From an uncultured Gemmatimonadales bacterium (lineage in GTDB: Bacteria; Gemmatimonadota; Gemmatimonadetes; Gemmatimonadales; GWC2-71-9): a DNA stretch of 64,000 nucleotides. Below the pieces are notes generated by a model. It had not been told where the DNA came from, did not search any database, and saw only the letters and a program-made list of their open reading frames with translations. This document shows, piece by piece, positions 11,445-20,591 of the stretch (position 1 is the stretch's first letter; each line of letters starts with the position of its first letter). The stretch covers positions 147,897 through 211,896 of the forward strand of contig CAVPYI010000005.1 in assembly GCA_963709905.1 (NCBI GenBank), written 5' to 3'. The position numbers and the translations under genes were made by a program.

Positions 11445-12752
11445 TCAGGCGCCTGCCATCGCGACCTGCCGGGAGCGATTGAGGTACGCGGCGAACTCAT
11501 CCGGGAACTTCCTGATCGCGCTCACCACCGGGGCGGCGCAGGAGTCGCTCAGCACGCAGATGGTCTTCCCGGTCATGTTCTCCGCGAGATCCAGCAGGAG
11601 ATCGAGGTCCTCGGGCTTGCCGTGCCCCGCCAGGATGCGTTCCAGGATCCGCGTGGTCCAGGCGGTGCCCTCCCGGCACTGGGTGCATTGCGCGCAGGAC
11701 TCGTGGGCGTAGAACCGCGCCAGCCGCATCACCTGGTACACCAGGTCGGTGGAATCGTCCATGACGATCATGCCGCCGGACCCCAGCATCGAGCCGCGGG
11801 CGACGATCCCCTCGTAGTCCATCAGGCACTCGTCCACTTCGGCCGGAGTCATGATCGGCACCGACGACCCGCCCGGGATGACCGCCTTGAGCGTTCGGCC
11901 GGGGAGCATCCCGCCACACATGTCGAAAATGAGGTCCTTCATGGGGGTCCCCATCTCGACCTCGTAGTTCCCCGGCTTCTGGATGTGGCCGCAGACCGAG
12001 AACAGCTTGGTTCCGGTGCTCTGGGGGTTGCCCCGGCACAGCCCCTTGTACCAGGCGGCGCCACGCACCAGGATGTGCGGAACGCACGCCAGCGTTTCGA
12101 CGTTGTTGATCGTGGTCGGCGACGCCCACAGTCCCGCCTGTGCGGGGAACGGGGGCTTGATGCGGGGGTTGCCCCGCTTGCCCTCGATCGAGTTCATCAT
12201 CGCGGTCTCTTCACCGCAGATGTACGCTCCAGCGCCCCGGTGAATGACCACATCGATGCGCTTGCCCGATCCCAGCACGTTCCCGCCCAGGGCCCCGGCC
12301 TTGTACGCCTCGGCTACGGCGGCCTCGAGAATCCGGTGCTCGCCGGTGAATTCCCCGCGAATGTAGATGTAGATCCGTTCGGCGCCGATGGCGTGGGCGG
12401 CGATGGCGCAACCCTCGAGCAGGCCGTGCGGCGTCCATCGCAGGATCTCCCGGTCCTTGAACGTGCCGGGTTCGGATTCGTCGGCGTTGCAGACCAGGTA
12501 GTGGGGCCGGGTCGCGTCCTTGGGCATGAACGACCACTTGAGGCCGGTGGGGAAGCCGGCGCCGCCGCGGCCCCGGAGCCCGGACGCCTTCACCTCGTCG
12601 ATCACCTGATCGCGGCTCTGGCCCAGCGCCTTCTTCAGACCCTCGTATCCGCCGCGCGCGACCCACCCCTCGTAGGTGCGCGCGCCGGCGTCCCCGAAGT
12701 AGCGGGACAGCACCACCTGTTCGCCGGGATGGCTGGGGTGGGGATAGCCCAT
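11445..12752 (-). CDS. nuoF: NADH-quinone oxidoreductase subunit F (FMN/NADH-binding)
   Basis: 435-aa ORF with GRGGAGFPTG, CNADESEPGTFKDR and ESCAQCTQCREG motifs. Confidence 0.96.
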   Translation of the reverse strand: MGYPHPSHPGEQVVLSRYFGDAGARTYEGWVARGGYEGLKKALGQSRDQVIDEVKASGLRGRGGAGFPTGLKWSFMPKDATRPHYLVCNADESEPGTFKDREILRWTPHGLLEGCAIAAHAIGAERIYIYIRGEFTGEHRILEAAVAEAYKAGALGGNVLGSGKRIDVVIHRGAGAYICGEETAMMNSIEGKRGNPRIKPPFPAQAGLWASPTTINNVETLACVPHILVRGAAWYKGLCRGNPQSTGTKLFSVCGHIQKPGNYEVEMGTPMKDLIFDMCGGMLPGRTLKAVIPGGSSVPIMTPAEVDECLMDYEGIVARGSMLGSGGMIVMDDSTDLVYQVMRLARFYAHESCAQCTQCREGTAWTTRILERILAGHGKPEDLDLLLDLAENMTGKTICVLSDSCAAPVVSAIRKFPDEFAAYLNRSRQVAMAGA

Positions 12753-13267
12753 TACCGGTAGCCCTGCAGGATGCCGGGCACCCGCTCCGGGGTCACGCTC
12801 TCGATGAAATCGTCATCGATGAGCGCCGGGGTCGCGAACCCGCAGGCCCCGAGGCACTCGACCTCGATGACGGTGAATCGGCCGTCGGGGCTCGTGGCGC
12901 CGAGCTCGCCACACCCGGTGTGCTTGAGAAACGCCCGGGTCACCTCTTCCGCACCGCAGATGTTGCAGGGGGAGGTGGTGCACACCTGGATGAAATGGCG
13001 CCCGACCGGGTGGGTGTGATACATGGTGTAGAACGTGACCACACCGCGCACGTACGCCGGGGTGAGCCCCAGCACTGCCGCGACCTCGGCTATCGCACCG
13101 TCGGAGACCCAGCCCCGGCGTTCCTGTACCATCCAGAGGGCGGGGAGCAGGCACGACTGCCGCGTGGGATAGTTCGGGAACAGGGCCTCGAGCGCGGCCC
13201 GCGCCTCGCCCACAAACACCGGCTCGTAGGCGGCGTCGTGCCCGGCCGGACGCACGGCGCCGCTCAT
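12752..13267 (-). CDS. nuoE: NADH-quinone oxidoreductase subunit E (2Fe-2S)
   Basis: C-terminal 171 aa of the track ORF match NuoE (QSCLLPALW, VCTTSPCNICG, ECLGACG). ATG 13267 overlaps the nuoD stop, and the nuoE stop overlaps the nuoF ATG (TAATG). Confidence 0.9.
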   Translation of the reverse strand: MSGAVRPAGHDAAYEPVFVGEARAALEALFPNYPTRQSCLLPALWMVQERRGWVSDGAIAEVAAVLGLTPAYVRGVVTFYTMYHTHPVGRHFIQVCTTSPCNICGAEEVTRAFLKHTGCGELGATSPDGRFTVIEVECLGACGFATPALIDDDFIESVTPERVPGILQGYR

Positions 13268-14559
13268 CGGTCGATTTCCCCCATCACGATGTCCACGCTC
13301 GCGTTGATGGCGATCACGTCGGACAGCAGCACTCCTTCGCACAGCTTGGGCAGGCAGGCGAGATTGATGAAGGATGGCGGACGGATGCGCCATCGCACCG
13401 GCTTGGCGGTACCGTCCGAAACGAAGTAGTACCCCAGCTCGCCCTTGGGATTCTCGACGCCGAGGTAGGCCTCGCCCACCGGCGCCGGCACCCCCTCCAT
13501 CACCTGCTTGAAGTGGAAGATCATCGCTTCCATGTCGCTCATCGCCCGGTGCTTGGGCGGGAGGATGACCCGGGGATCGCTCACATTGATCGGCGCGCCG
13601 CGCAGGCGCTCCATCCGGTCGAGCGCCTGGTCGAGGATGCGAACCGACTGGTACATCTCCTCGAGCCGCAGCCGGTAGCGATCGTAGATGTCGCCGTGCT
13701 CGCCCACCGGCACGTCGAATTCGTAGGTCTCGTAGCCCAGATAGGGCCGGTCCTTGCGGACGTCGTAGTCGACCCCGCTGGCCCGGAGCATCGGGCCCGA
13801 CAGGGAGTAGTTGATCGCCTCGGGCCCGCTGATCACCCCGACGCCCTGGGTGCGGCCGCACCAGATGGCGTTCCGGGTGAACATGGCGTCCACCTCGTCG
13901 AGCGTCCGGGGGAAGCTCCCGCAGAACTCCCGGAGCCCCTCCTCGAACCCGTCGGGCACGTCGGCCATCAGCCCGCCCACCCGGGTCAGGCTGGTGGTCA
14001 GGCGGGCGCCGGTCCAGGCCTCCTGCAGGTTGTACAGCCGTTCCCGCTGGTAGAAACACCACAGGAACGGCGTGAAGGCACCGAGGTCGATGCCCGTGGT
14101 CCCCAGCCACACCAGGTGGGAGATGATCCGGCTGATCTCGCAGGCGATCACCCGGAGCACCTGGCAGCGCTCGGTGATCGTGATGCCCATGAGTTTCTCG
14201 GCCGCGAGCGCGAGGCAGACGTTGTTCGCCATCGGGCTCAAGTAGTCGGTGCGGTCGGTGAGCGGGATGATCTGGTTGTAGTGGCGGTACTCGCCCAGCT
14301 TCTCGAAGCCCGAGTGCAGGTATCCGATGTGGGGCACCACCCGCACCACGGTCTCGCCGTCCAGCTGGACGACCAGCCGGAGCACGCCGTGGGTCGCCGG
14401 GTGCTGCGGCCCGATGTTGATGAGCATGTGCTCGCCGCTCAGGTCGTCGGCGGGCGGCTCATAGTCGGGAAGCTGCACGCCCAGCGGAACCCGGGTGGGG
14501 TTCCCGCGGGCATCGAGCCCGGGGGTCGACAGGCTGACGTCCAGCGTACGGGTGGTCAC
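13264..14559 (-). CDS. nuoD: NADH-quinone oxidoreductase subunit D
   Basis: NuoD/49-kDa motifs (NIGPQHPATHGVLRL, C-terminal DIVMGEIDR). GTG start at 14559 forms a GTGA overlap with the nuoC stop. Confidence 0.9.
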   Translation of the reverse strand: MTTRTLDVSLSTPGLDARGNPTRVPLGVQLPDYEPPADDLSGEHMLINIGPQHPATHGVLRLVVQLDGETVVRVVPHIGYLHSGFEKLGEYRHYNQIIPLTDRTDYLSPMANNVCLALAAEKLMGITITERCQVLRVIACEISRIISHLVWLGTTGIDLGAFTPFLWCFYQRERLYNLQEAWTGARLTTSLTRVGGLMADVPDGFEEGLREFCGSFPRTLDEVDAMFTRNAIWCGRTQGVGVISGPEAINYSLSGPMLRASGVDYDVRKDRPYLGYETYEFDVPVGEHGDIYDRYRLRLEEMYQSVRILDQALDRMERLRGAPINVSDPRVILPPKHRAMSDMEAMIFHFKQVMEGVPAPVGEAYLGVENPKGELGYYFVSDGTAKPVRWRIRPPSFINLACLPKLCEGVLLSDVIAINASVDIVMGEIDR

Positions 14560-15185
14560 CGGACCTCGCCCCGCTGGCCGCGCTCGAGCCTTTCCTTCAT
14601 GTCGGCCGGCAACGTGTCGTAGGCCTGGGCGATGGAGAGTTCCGCCAGGGAATAGTGGGCCTCGGGATTGGCCGCCAGCGCCTGCCGGGTCTGTTCGGCC
14701 CGGCTGAAGTGCCCGCGCAGCGGGAAATCCTTCCGCAGGGGGAAGCCCTCGGCGTAGGTCTCCCACATCAGGATCCGGCGCAGGTCGGGGTGTCCCCGGA
14801 ACGAGACGCCGAACATGTCGAAGACCTCACGCTCCAGCCAGTCGGCGCCCTTCCAGAGGTCCCAGACCGAGTCCACCTCCAGCGGCGCGTGCTTGTCGAG
14901 CTCGGCCTTGACCCGCAGGTCGGCACGCCGGGCCAGCGATCGCAGCTGCCAGACGACCTCGAGCGGTCGCTCGACGTCGCGGTACTCGACCGCGGTGACG
15001 TCCGTGAGGTAGTCGAAACGCTGCCCCGGGTCGTCCCGCAACCAGGCGAGCACGTCGTGGGCCCGTGCCGCGGTGACGTAGACGATGGTATCGCCGCAGG
15101 AGATCTGGTGACGCTCGATGGCGGTGCCGAAACGACTGCGGAGAGCTCCGACCGATGGCGAGACCACGGGATCCTGCCCGGTCAC
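14556..15185 (-). CDS. nuoC: NADH-quinone oxidoreductase subunit C
   Basis: 209-aa ORF with 30-kDa subunit features ([21 protein letters not shown]). Confidence 0.93.
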   Translation of the reverse strand: MTGQDPVVSPSVGALRSRFGTAIERHQISCGDTIVYVTAARAHDVLAWLRDDPGQRFDYLTDVTAVEYRDVERPLEVVWQLRSLARRADLRVKAELDKHAPLEVDSVWDLWKGADWLEREVFDMFGVSFRGHPDLRRILMWETYAEGFPLRKDFPLRGHFSRAEQTRQALAANPEAHYSLAELSIAQAYDTLPADMKERLERGQRGEVR

Positions 15186-15799
15186 GCCGACCTCGTCTGA
15201 TGCACGCTGTTCCCGAAGGGCTCCGAAACCTCGTCGATGGTCCGGGGGTCGAGAAACAGGCCATCAGGCCCGACCAGGTGCTCCTGGCGCAGATCCGGGT
15301 CGAGAAAGGTCTCGCCCTTGATCTTCTTCTGCAGCAGCATGATCCCGTACATCAGCCCTTCGGGCCGGGGCGGACATCCCGGCACATACACGTCCACCGG
15401 GATGATGGTGTCGATGCCCTGCACCATCGTGTAGGTATCGAAAATGCCGCCCGAGGAAGCGCAGGCGCCCATCGAGATCGACCACTTCGGCTGAGGCATC
15501 TGGTCCCAGATCCTGCGGATGACGGGGGCCAGCTTGAACGGCAGCCGGCCGGCACAGATCAGGACGTCGGCCTGGCGGGGCGAGAAGCTCATCCGCTCCA
15601 TACCGAACCGGGCCAGGTCGAACCGGCTGGCCGCCGTCGCCATGAACTCGATGGCGCAGCAGGCCGTGCCGAAGGGCATGGGCCAGAGCGAGTTCGCCCG
15701 GGCCCAATTGGCCAGGAAATCGAGCCGGGTGGTCACCCAGTTGGGCGACATGGTGGAGACTTCCGTCCCCGCTCCGGCCTCGGACGGTGTCAGTCCCAT
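15182..15799 (-). CDS. nuoB: NADH-quinone oxidoreductase subunit B (N2 cluster)
   Basis: [18 protein letters not shown] and VPGCPPRPE motifs. Start at ATG 15799 overlaps the nuoA end by 10 nt; MSPNW 16 codons downstream is an alternative start. Confidence 0.88.
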   Translation of the reverse strand: MGLTPSEAGAGTEVSTMSPNWVTTRLDFLANWARANSLWPMPFGTACCAIEFMATAASRFDLARFGMERMSFSPRQADVLICAGRLPFKLAPVIRRIWDQMPQPKWSISMGACASSGGIFDTYTMVQGIDTIIPVDVYVPGCPPRPEGLMYGIMLLQKKIKGETFLDPDLRQEHLVGPDGLFLDPRTIDEVSEPFGNSVHQTRSA

Positions 15800-16155
15800 T
15801 GCAGGGCCCCGCGCTTCCAGATGTACACGTAGCCTACCCCGAGTATCACCACGAACACCAGCATTTCGACCAACAGGAATCCCCGGATCTCGGTCAGCTG
15901 GTGGAACGCCGCGGCCCACGGCAGCATGAACACGGTTTCGATATCGAAGATGATGAACAGCATGGCGACCAGGTAGAACTTGACGCTGAACCGCTCGCGG
16001 GCATCGCCGAGCACCGGCATGCCGGATTCGTAGGGCGCGAGTTTGACCGGGGTAAGACGATACGACGAGAGGACATGCGACAGCCCCAGCATCAGGATGG
16101 CGTTGGCCACCACGAAGGCCACCACCAGCAGCAACGGGATGTAGGCCTGCAGCAT
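15790..16155 (-). CDS. nuoA: NADH-quinone oxidoreductase subunit A
   Basis: 121-aa three-TM protein ([24 protein letters not shown]) as first gene of the operon. Confidence 0.93.
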   Translation of the reverse strand: MLQAYIPLLLVVAFVVANAILMLGLSHVLSSYRLTPVKLAPYESGMPVLGDARERFSVKFYLVAMLFIIFDIETVFMLPWAAAFHQLTEIRGFLLVEMLVFVVILGVGYVYIWKRGALQWD

Positions 16156-16233
16156 CGACGGCCACCTCGCTCGTGAAATCCTTCACTAAGGGGCGCGAAA
16201 AAGGTAACTGCGGCCGGGTCGGGATGGTAGGCG

Positions 16234-16383
16234 GGCGACTCCGCGGCTCGGCGGTTTGCCGGCTCGGCGACCCACCCTCGTTCACGGCGCCGCCGCGGTT
16301 TCACCTGTCGCACCGGCTGAGTCGCTCTATATTCCGTCCGCGAAACGATGCCGCCAGCCCGAGTCCTCCAGCCGCCGAGCCGA
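16234..16383. repeat. degenerate inverted array of GGCTCGGCG-type octamers in the nuoA/dcd divergent spacer
   Basis: Left arm ggcgactccgcggctcggcggtttgccggctcggcga (16234-16270). Right arm gccgccagcccgagtcctccagccgccgagccga (16350-16383). About 79-nt loop. The element ends 4 nt before the dcd ATG. Confidence 0.5.
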
Positions 16384-16387
16384 CCCT

Positions 16388-16966
16388 ATGACAATAAAAT
16401 CCGACCGGTGGATCCGCCGGCTGGCCAAAGAGGCCGGGATGATCGACCCCTATACCGAAGCCCAGGTCCGGCAGACCGATGCCGCGGGCCGCCGGGTGAT
16501 CTCATACGGGGTGTCCTCCTACGGCTACGACATGCGGGTGGCCCCCGAGTTCAAGATCTTCACCAACGCCCTCTCCGCCATCGTGGATCCCAAGGAGTTC
16601 GACAGCCGGAGTTTCGTGGAGTTCGAGGGTGAGGTCTGCATCGTCCCCCCGAACAGCTTCGCCCTGGCCCGCTCGGTCGAGTATTTCCGGATCCCGCGGA
16701 ACGTGCTGACGATCTGCGTGGGGAAGTCCACCTATGCCCGCTGCGGCATCATCACCAACGTGACCCCGTTCGAGCCGGAATGGGAGGGCCACGTCACGCT
16801 GGAGATCAGCAATACCACGCCCCTGCCGGCGAAGATCTACGCCAACGAGGGGATCTGCCAGGTGCTGTTCTTCGAAGCCGACGCCGACGACATCTGCGAG
16901 ACCAGCTACAAGGACAAGGCCGGGAAGTACCAGAAGCAGACCGGGGTGACGCTGCCGCGGCTGTAG
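16388..16966 (+). CDS. dcd: dCTP deaminase
   Basis: [13 protein letters not shown]...SYGYDMRV...[23 protein letters not shown] motifs. ATG at 16388. Confidence 0.93.
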   Translation: MTIKSDRWIRRLAKEAGMIDPYTEAQVRQTDAAGRRVISYGVSSYGYDMRVAPEFKIFTNALSAIVDPKEFDSRSFVEFEGEVCIVPPNSFALARSVEYFRIPRNVLTICVGKSTYARCGIITNVTPFEPEWEGHVTLEISNTTPLPAKIYANEGICQVLFFEADADDICETSYKDKAGKYQKQTGVTLPRL

Positions 16967-17048
16967 CCTCAGCCGCTAGTTGAAATGTGATGTGGACAAA
17001 CTTTCGACAGTGGGCCCGCGGCAATCCGGCAGCCCCCGGGCCACCATA

Positions 17049-18545
17049 TCACGGCACCCCGACCTGCCACAGTCCCGACAGCATGTCCGCCACGTACAGG
17101 TCTGCTCCGGCGAGCATCACCCCCCAGACGTAAGTGTTACCGCCACCCCCCGGACGAATCCGGGCGATCTCCCGGTTGGCCAGATTGCCACTCAGGGTCC
17201 CCGAGACGTCCAGCGCAACCACACCGCCGTCGTAGAAGGCGGCGTACAACCGCTGATTCGGCTCATCCATCCAGAAGTTGTGTGCCCCGGCGCCGGGCGC
17301 CGGGTACCGGTACGTGGCCACTTCCACCGGGTTGCCGAGATCCGACACGTCCACCACGTGGATGTCGCCCGACGAGGAGGAACCGATCGAGCCCGGACCC
17401 TCCTGCCCCACGAACAGATACCGCTTCTCCCCAGTGGTCGGATTCCAGAACCACCAGCCGTTGTGCGCCTGCCCACCCGCCGTCTGCAACCCGCCGACCC
17501 TGACCGGGGTCTGGGGCGTTCCGCCCGCGGTCCCCTTCCCCACGTCGTAGATGTACACCCCCTCGTTCCAGACGAAGCTGAAACAGAGGCCGTCCCGGAC
17601 GAAGTTGTCGTGGATGCCGTAGAACGGCGGGATCGGGGTCGAGCTCGCCAGCGTGATATTCCCGGTGGCCGCGTCCGAAAGATCGAAAATCACCAGTGCC
17701 GGACTGGGCGGGTTCTTGGCGGTGAAGGCGTAGAGAACCCCATCGACCACACCGAGTGACCCCGTGTGCAGTCCGGCGCTCACCGGGGCATAGGCCGACT
17801 GCACCGGCGCAGCCGGGCTTGCCAGGCTGTAGAGATAGATGCCCTGGTTGGTACCGCCTTCCGCTGTGGCGAGCAGCCACTGCCCGTCCGGCGATACCTC
17901 GAGGTCGCTGATGGTATTGACCCCGGCGACGATGATCGAATCCAACAGCACCGGGGCCCCGGTGCCGCTCAGCTGGAAGACCTTGATCGCCCCGGTGACC
18001 CCGGTGGTCCGTTGAAGGTGATTCCACGTCCCAACGTAGGCGTAGCCGTTGGCGACCCACAGGTCCGAACTGAACCGTTCGGGGAGGTTGTTCCCGCCGC
18101 CGAGTACCACCAGCGCGCCGGTGCCGGTGGCATGTACTACCGCGGTGTCGAGGCCATCCACTATGGCCAGTATTTCCTGACCCCCGACCAGCGGTCCGAG
18201 AGTCCAGACCGCTTCGGTCGTCCCGTCGACCGCGGTCGTGGTGCCTGCGGCCGACAGGCTCCCGCCACCCGCCCGGACCAGCCAGCCCACACTCGTTCCG
18301 GCGCCGACGTTGTCGCCCAACGAGTCGATGACCCGGACCCGGATCGGCAGCGGGAGCGCCGCCAACGGCGGACCCTGCTGATCGTCGCCCGCCACGACGG
18401 TGACGCCGACCGGATCGGGCCCGGGGTCGGGCCCGGTGCCTTTTCCGTCCCCACAGGCGACCAGCAAGGCGACGGCCAGCAACCCGGCAAAGGGTCTCGG
18501 CTTCCACTCACTTGTCCCGGGAGATCGATGGCGCTGCAGTTGCAT
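17049..18545 (-). CDS. lipoprotein with LVIVD-type beta-propeller repeats
   Basis: Signal peptide with lipobox LLVAC. Repeated motifs LVIFDLSDAATGN, IHVVDVSDLGNPVEV, VVALDVSG and YVADMLSGLW resemble LVIVD repeats. Confidence 0.7.
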   Translation of the reverse strand: MQLQRHRSPGTSEWKPRPFAGLLAVALLVACGDGKGTGPDPGPDPVGVTVVAGDDQQGPPLAALPLPIRVRVIDSLGDNVGAGTSVGWLVRAGGGSLSAAGTTTAVDGTTEAVWTLGPLVGGQEILAIVDGLDTAVVHATGTGALVVLGGGNNLPERFSSDLWVANGYAYVGTWNHLQRTTGVTGAIKVFQLSGTGAPVLLDSIIVAGVNTISDLEVSPDGQWLLATAEGGTNQGIYLYSLASPAAPVQSAYAPVSAGLHTGSLGVVDGVLYAFTAKNPPSPALVIFDLSDAATGNITLASSTPIPPFYGIHDNFVRDGLCFSFVWNEGVYIYDVGKGTAGGTPQTPVRVGGLQTAGGQAHNGWWFWNPTTGEKRYLFVGQEGPGSIGSSSSGDIHVVDVSDLGNPVEVATYRYPAPGAGAHNFWMDEPNQRLYAAFYDGGVVALDVSGTLSGNLANREIARIRPGGGGNTYVWGVMLAGADLYVADMLSGLWQVGVP

Positions 18546-18549
18546 CGAA

Positions 18550-19800
18550 TCACATCTTCGAGTGATGGTGACGGTCCCCGTTCAGGCTATCGGGAACCAG
18601 GCCGCCGTAACGGCCCATCCGGTGGCCGCTCAGGCGCCAGCTGGCCCGGAGCCCGAGTGAGACCGAATTGAACGATTCTCTCCCGTAGAATACGCTGGGC
18701 TGGAAGATTCCGCCGTCGATGTTTCGCATTGTACCGAAGGTCACCTCGACGAATGGCCGCAAATCGAGACCACCGGGCCCCGTCACCCGAACCGAATAGC
18801 CCAGAGTCTGGAGGGTCCAGCGGGTCGTTCCCGCGATCGAGTTCTCCAGGTGAGGCCGGATCGAGCGGAAGGGATCACTGGTTCGGAGGTCCTCCGGCCG
18901 ATCGCTCCGTTCGAAGCGGGCGTACGGCCGGTGGCGCCCGCGGGTCCACGCCGTTTCCAGCAGCACGCTCCGGAACACGAAGAAGCCGAACGCTTCCTCG
19001 GTGCGGGCCCATTCCGCCAGGGCATAGACGCGACCGCCGGCGAGTCCCCGCTCGATCCGGGCGGCGACGTGCCATTTCCAGGCGGTGGTCCCTGCGCCTG
19101 GGCGATGTTCGGGCGAATGGACCTTGGCCCGGGAGCCGGACACCTCCACACCGGACGCTGGATAGGCCGACAGCCGGGCCGACCAGGAATCCCCGAATCG
19201 CTCCCAATTGGGCCACTGTCCCGGGCGCTCCGGTTCGTCCCCGTTGAACAAGCCCGCCTCGAGCGCCACCGGGCCGGCGCGGACTCCGGCAATCACCACC
19301 GCCCGCTCGAGGATGTGCGCCAGGTGGTGGTTCACCGGATATCGGACGGGGGGACGGCTCATGGGATCGTCCGAGCCGAAGGGGGCGAATCCCTTCCCGG
19401 CGCTGATGGAAACCCGGATGGGTCCATCCCGGCGACCGAGTGGAGACGCCGCCGAGACCATCAGTTCATGGACGTAGGTGTGCGGGTGCCTCCGATCGTT
19501 GAACCCTTCCCCCCACGCACCGGGCGTCAGCTCCCCGTCGGGGATGGTCTGGCCCTCGAGATTCAGGGTTCCGAGTCCGCTCAGCCTGCCCTGCAGGGCC
19601 TGGGCGTGCACCATGACGACCGGCTGTACCAGCCGCGCTTCGGTGAGGTGGTTTCCGCCGGGGATCGGCTCCGCCCGGGTGAGCACGGCGACAGCCTGGC
19701 CGCTCACCGTCAGGGATGCCGCCTGCTGGGCCGCCAGAGCAGCGGAACCGGGAAGCAGCAGCAGGGTGGCGAGAACAGCAGGCGAAACGAGGGAGCTCAC
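18550..19800 (-). CDS. hypothetical secreted protein, probably outer-membrane beta-barrel
   Basis: GTG 19800 gives the signal peptide VSSLVSPAVLATLLLLPGSAALAAQ. Alternating-hydrophobicity strands throughout; several His-rich patches. The portion of the track ORF upstream of 19800 overlaps sdhB. Confidence 0.6.
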   Translation of the reverse strand: MSSLVSPAVLATLLLLPGSAALAAQQAASLTVSGQAVAVLTRAEPIPGGNHLTEARLVQPVVMVHAQALQGRLSGLGTLNLEGQTIPDGELTPGAWGEGFNDRRHPHTYVHELMVSAASPLGRRDGPIRVSISAGKGFAPFGSDDPMSRPPVRYPVNHHLAHILERAVVIAGVRAGPVALEAGLFNGDEPERPGQWPNWERFGDSWSARLSAYPASGVEVSGSRAKVHSPEHRPGAGTTAWKWHVAARIERGLAGGRVYALAEWARTEEAFGFFVFRSVLLETAWTRGRHRPYARFERSDRPEDLRTSDPFRSIRPHLENSIAGTTRWTLQTLGYSVRVTGPGGLDLRPFVEVTFGTMRNIDGGIFQPSVFYGRESFNSVSLGLRASWRLSGHRMGRYGGLVPDSLNGDRHHHSKM

Positions 19801-19807
19801 GCAGCGT

Positions 19808-20581
19808 TCAGGTGGCGGACTCGGCAACGGGTGCCGGCTCACGGGTCGCGCTCGCCCTGATGTAGTCACGGAACAGGCCCGCGATCCAGTCGATGGAGAT
19901 CTCCTTGGGACAGGCCTCCTGGCACTCGCCATGCCAGGTACAGCCACCGAACCCTTCGGCGTCCATCTGCTCGACCATGCTGAGCGCCCGCCGCATCCGT
20001 TCGGGCTGCCCCTGCGGCAGCCGGGCGAGGTGGCCCGCCTTGGCCGACGTGAACAGCATGGCGGAGGCGTTGGGGCAGGCGGCGACGCAGGCGCCGCACC
20101 CGATGCACTGAGCCGCGTCCATCGCCGCATCGGCGTCGCCTTTTGGCACCAGGACGGTGTTCCCGTCCGGGGCGCTGCCGGTGGAGACGCTCACGAACCC
20201 GCCGGCAGCGATGATCCGATCGAACGCGCTGCGGTCGACGACGAGGTCCTTCAGGACCGGGAAGGCCCGGGCCCGCCAGGGCTCGATGTAGATGGTATCG
20301 CCATCCCGGAAACTCCGCATGTGCAGCTGGCAGGTGGCCGTGCCCCGCATGGGCCCATGAGCGATGCCGTTGATCATCATGCCACAGGAACCGCAGATCC
20401 CCTCACGGCAATCGTGGTCGAAGGCGATCGGAATCTCGCCACGCTGAATGAGACCTTCGTTCACCACATCGAGCATCTCGAGGAACGACATATCCGGGCT
20501 CACACCCGTCGCGTCGTAGTGTACCAGGCGGCCCGGAGCGGCAGCGGTGGGTTGGCGCCAGACGTAGAGGATGAGGTTCAT
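19808..20581 (-). CDS. sdhB: succinate dehydrogenase/fumarate reductase iron-sulfur subunit
   Basis: 257-aa ORF with [22 protein letters not shown] and [11 protein letters not shown] cluster motifs. Confidence 0.95.
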   Translation of the reverse strand: MNLILYVWRQPTAAAPGRLVHYDATGVSPDMSFLEMLDVVNEGLIQRGEIPIAFDHDCREGICGSCGMMINGIAHGPMRGTATCQLHMRSFRDGDTIYIEPWRARAFPVLKDLVVDRSAFDRIIAAGGFVSVSTGSAPDGNTVLVPKGDADAAMDAAQCIGCGACVAACPNASAMLFTSAKAGHLARLPQGQPERMRRALSMVEQMDAEGFGGCTWHGECQEACPKEISIDWIAGLFRDYIRASATREPAPVAESAT

Positions 20582-20591
20582 TGGACCGCGC

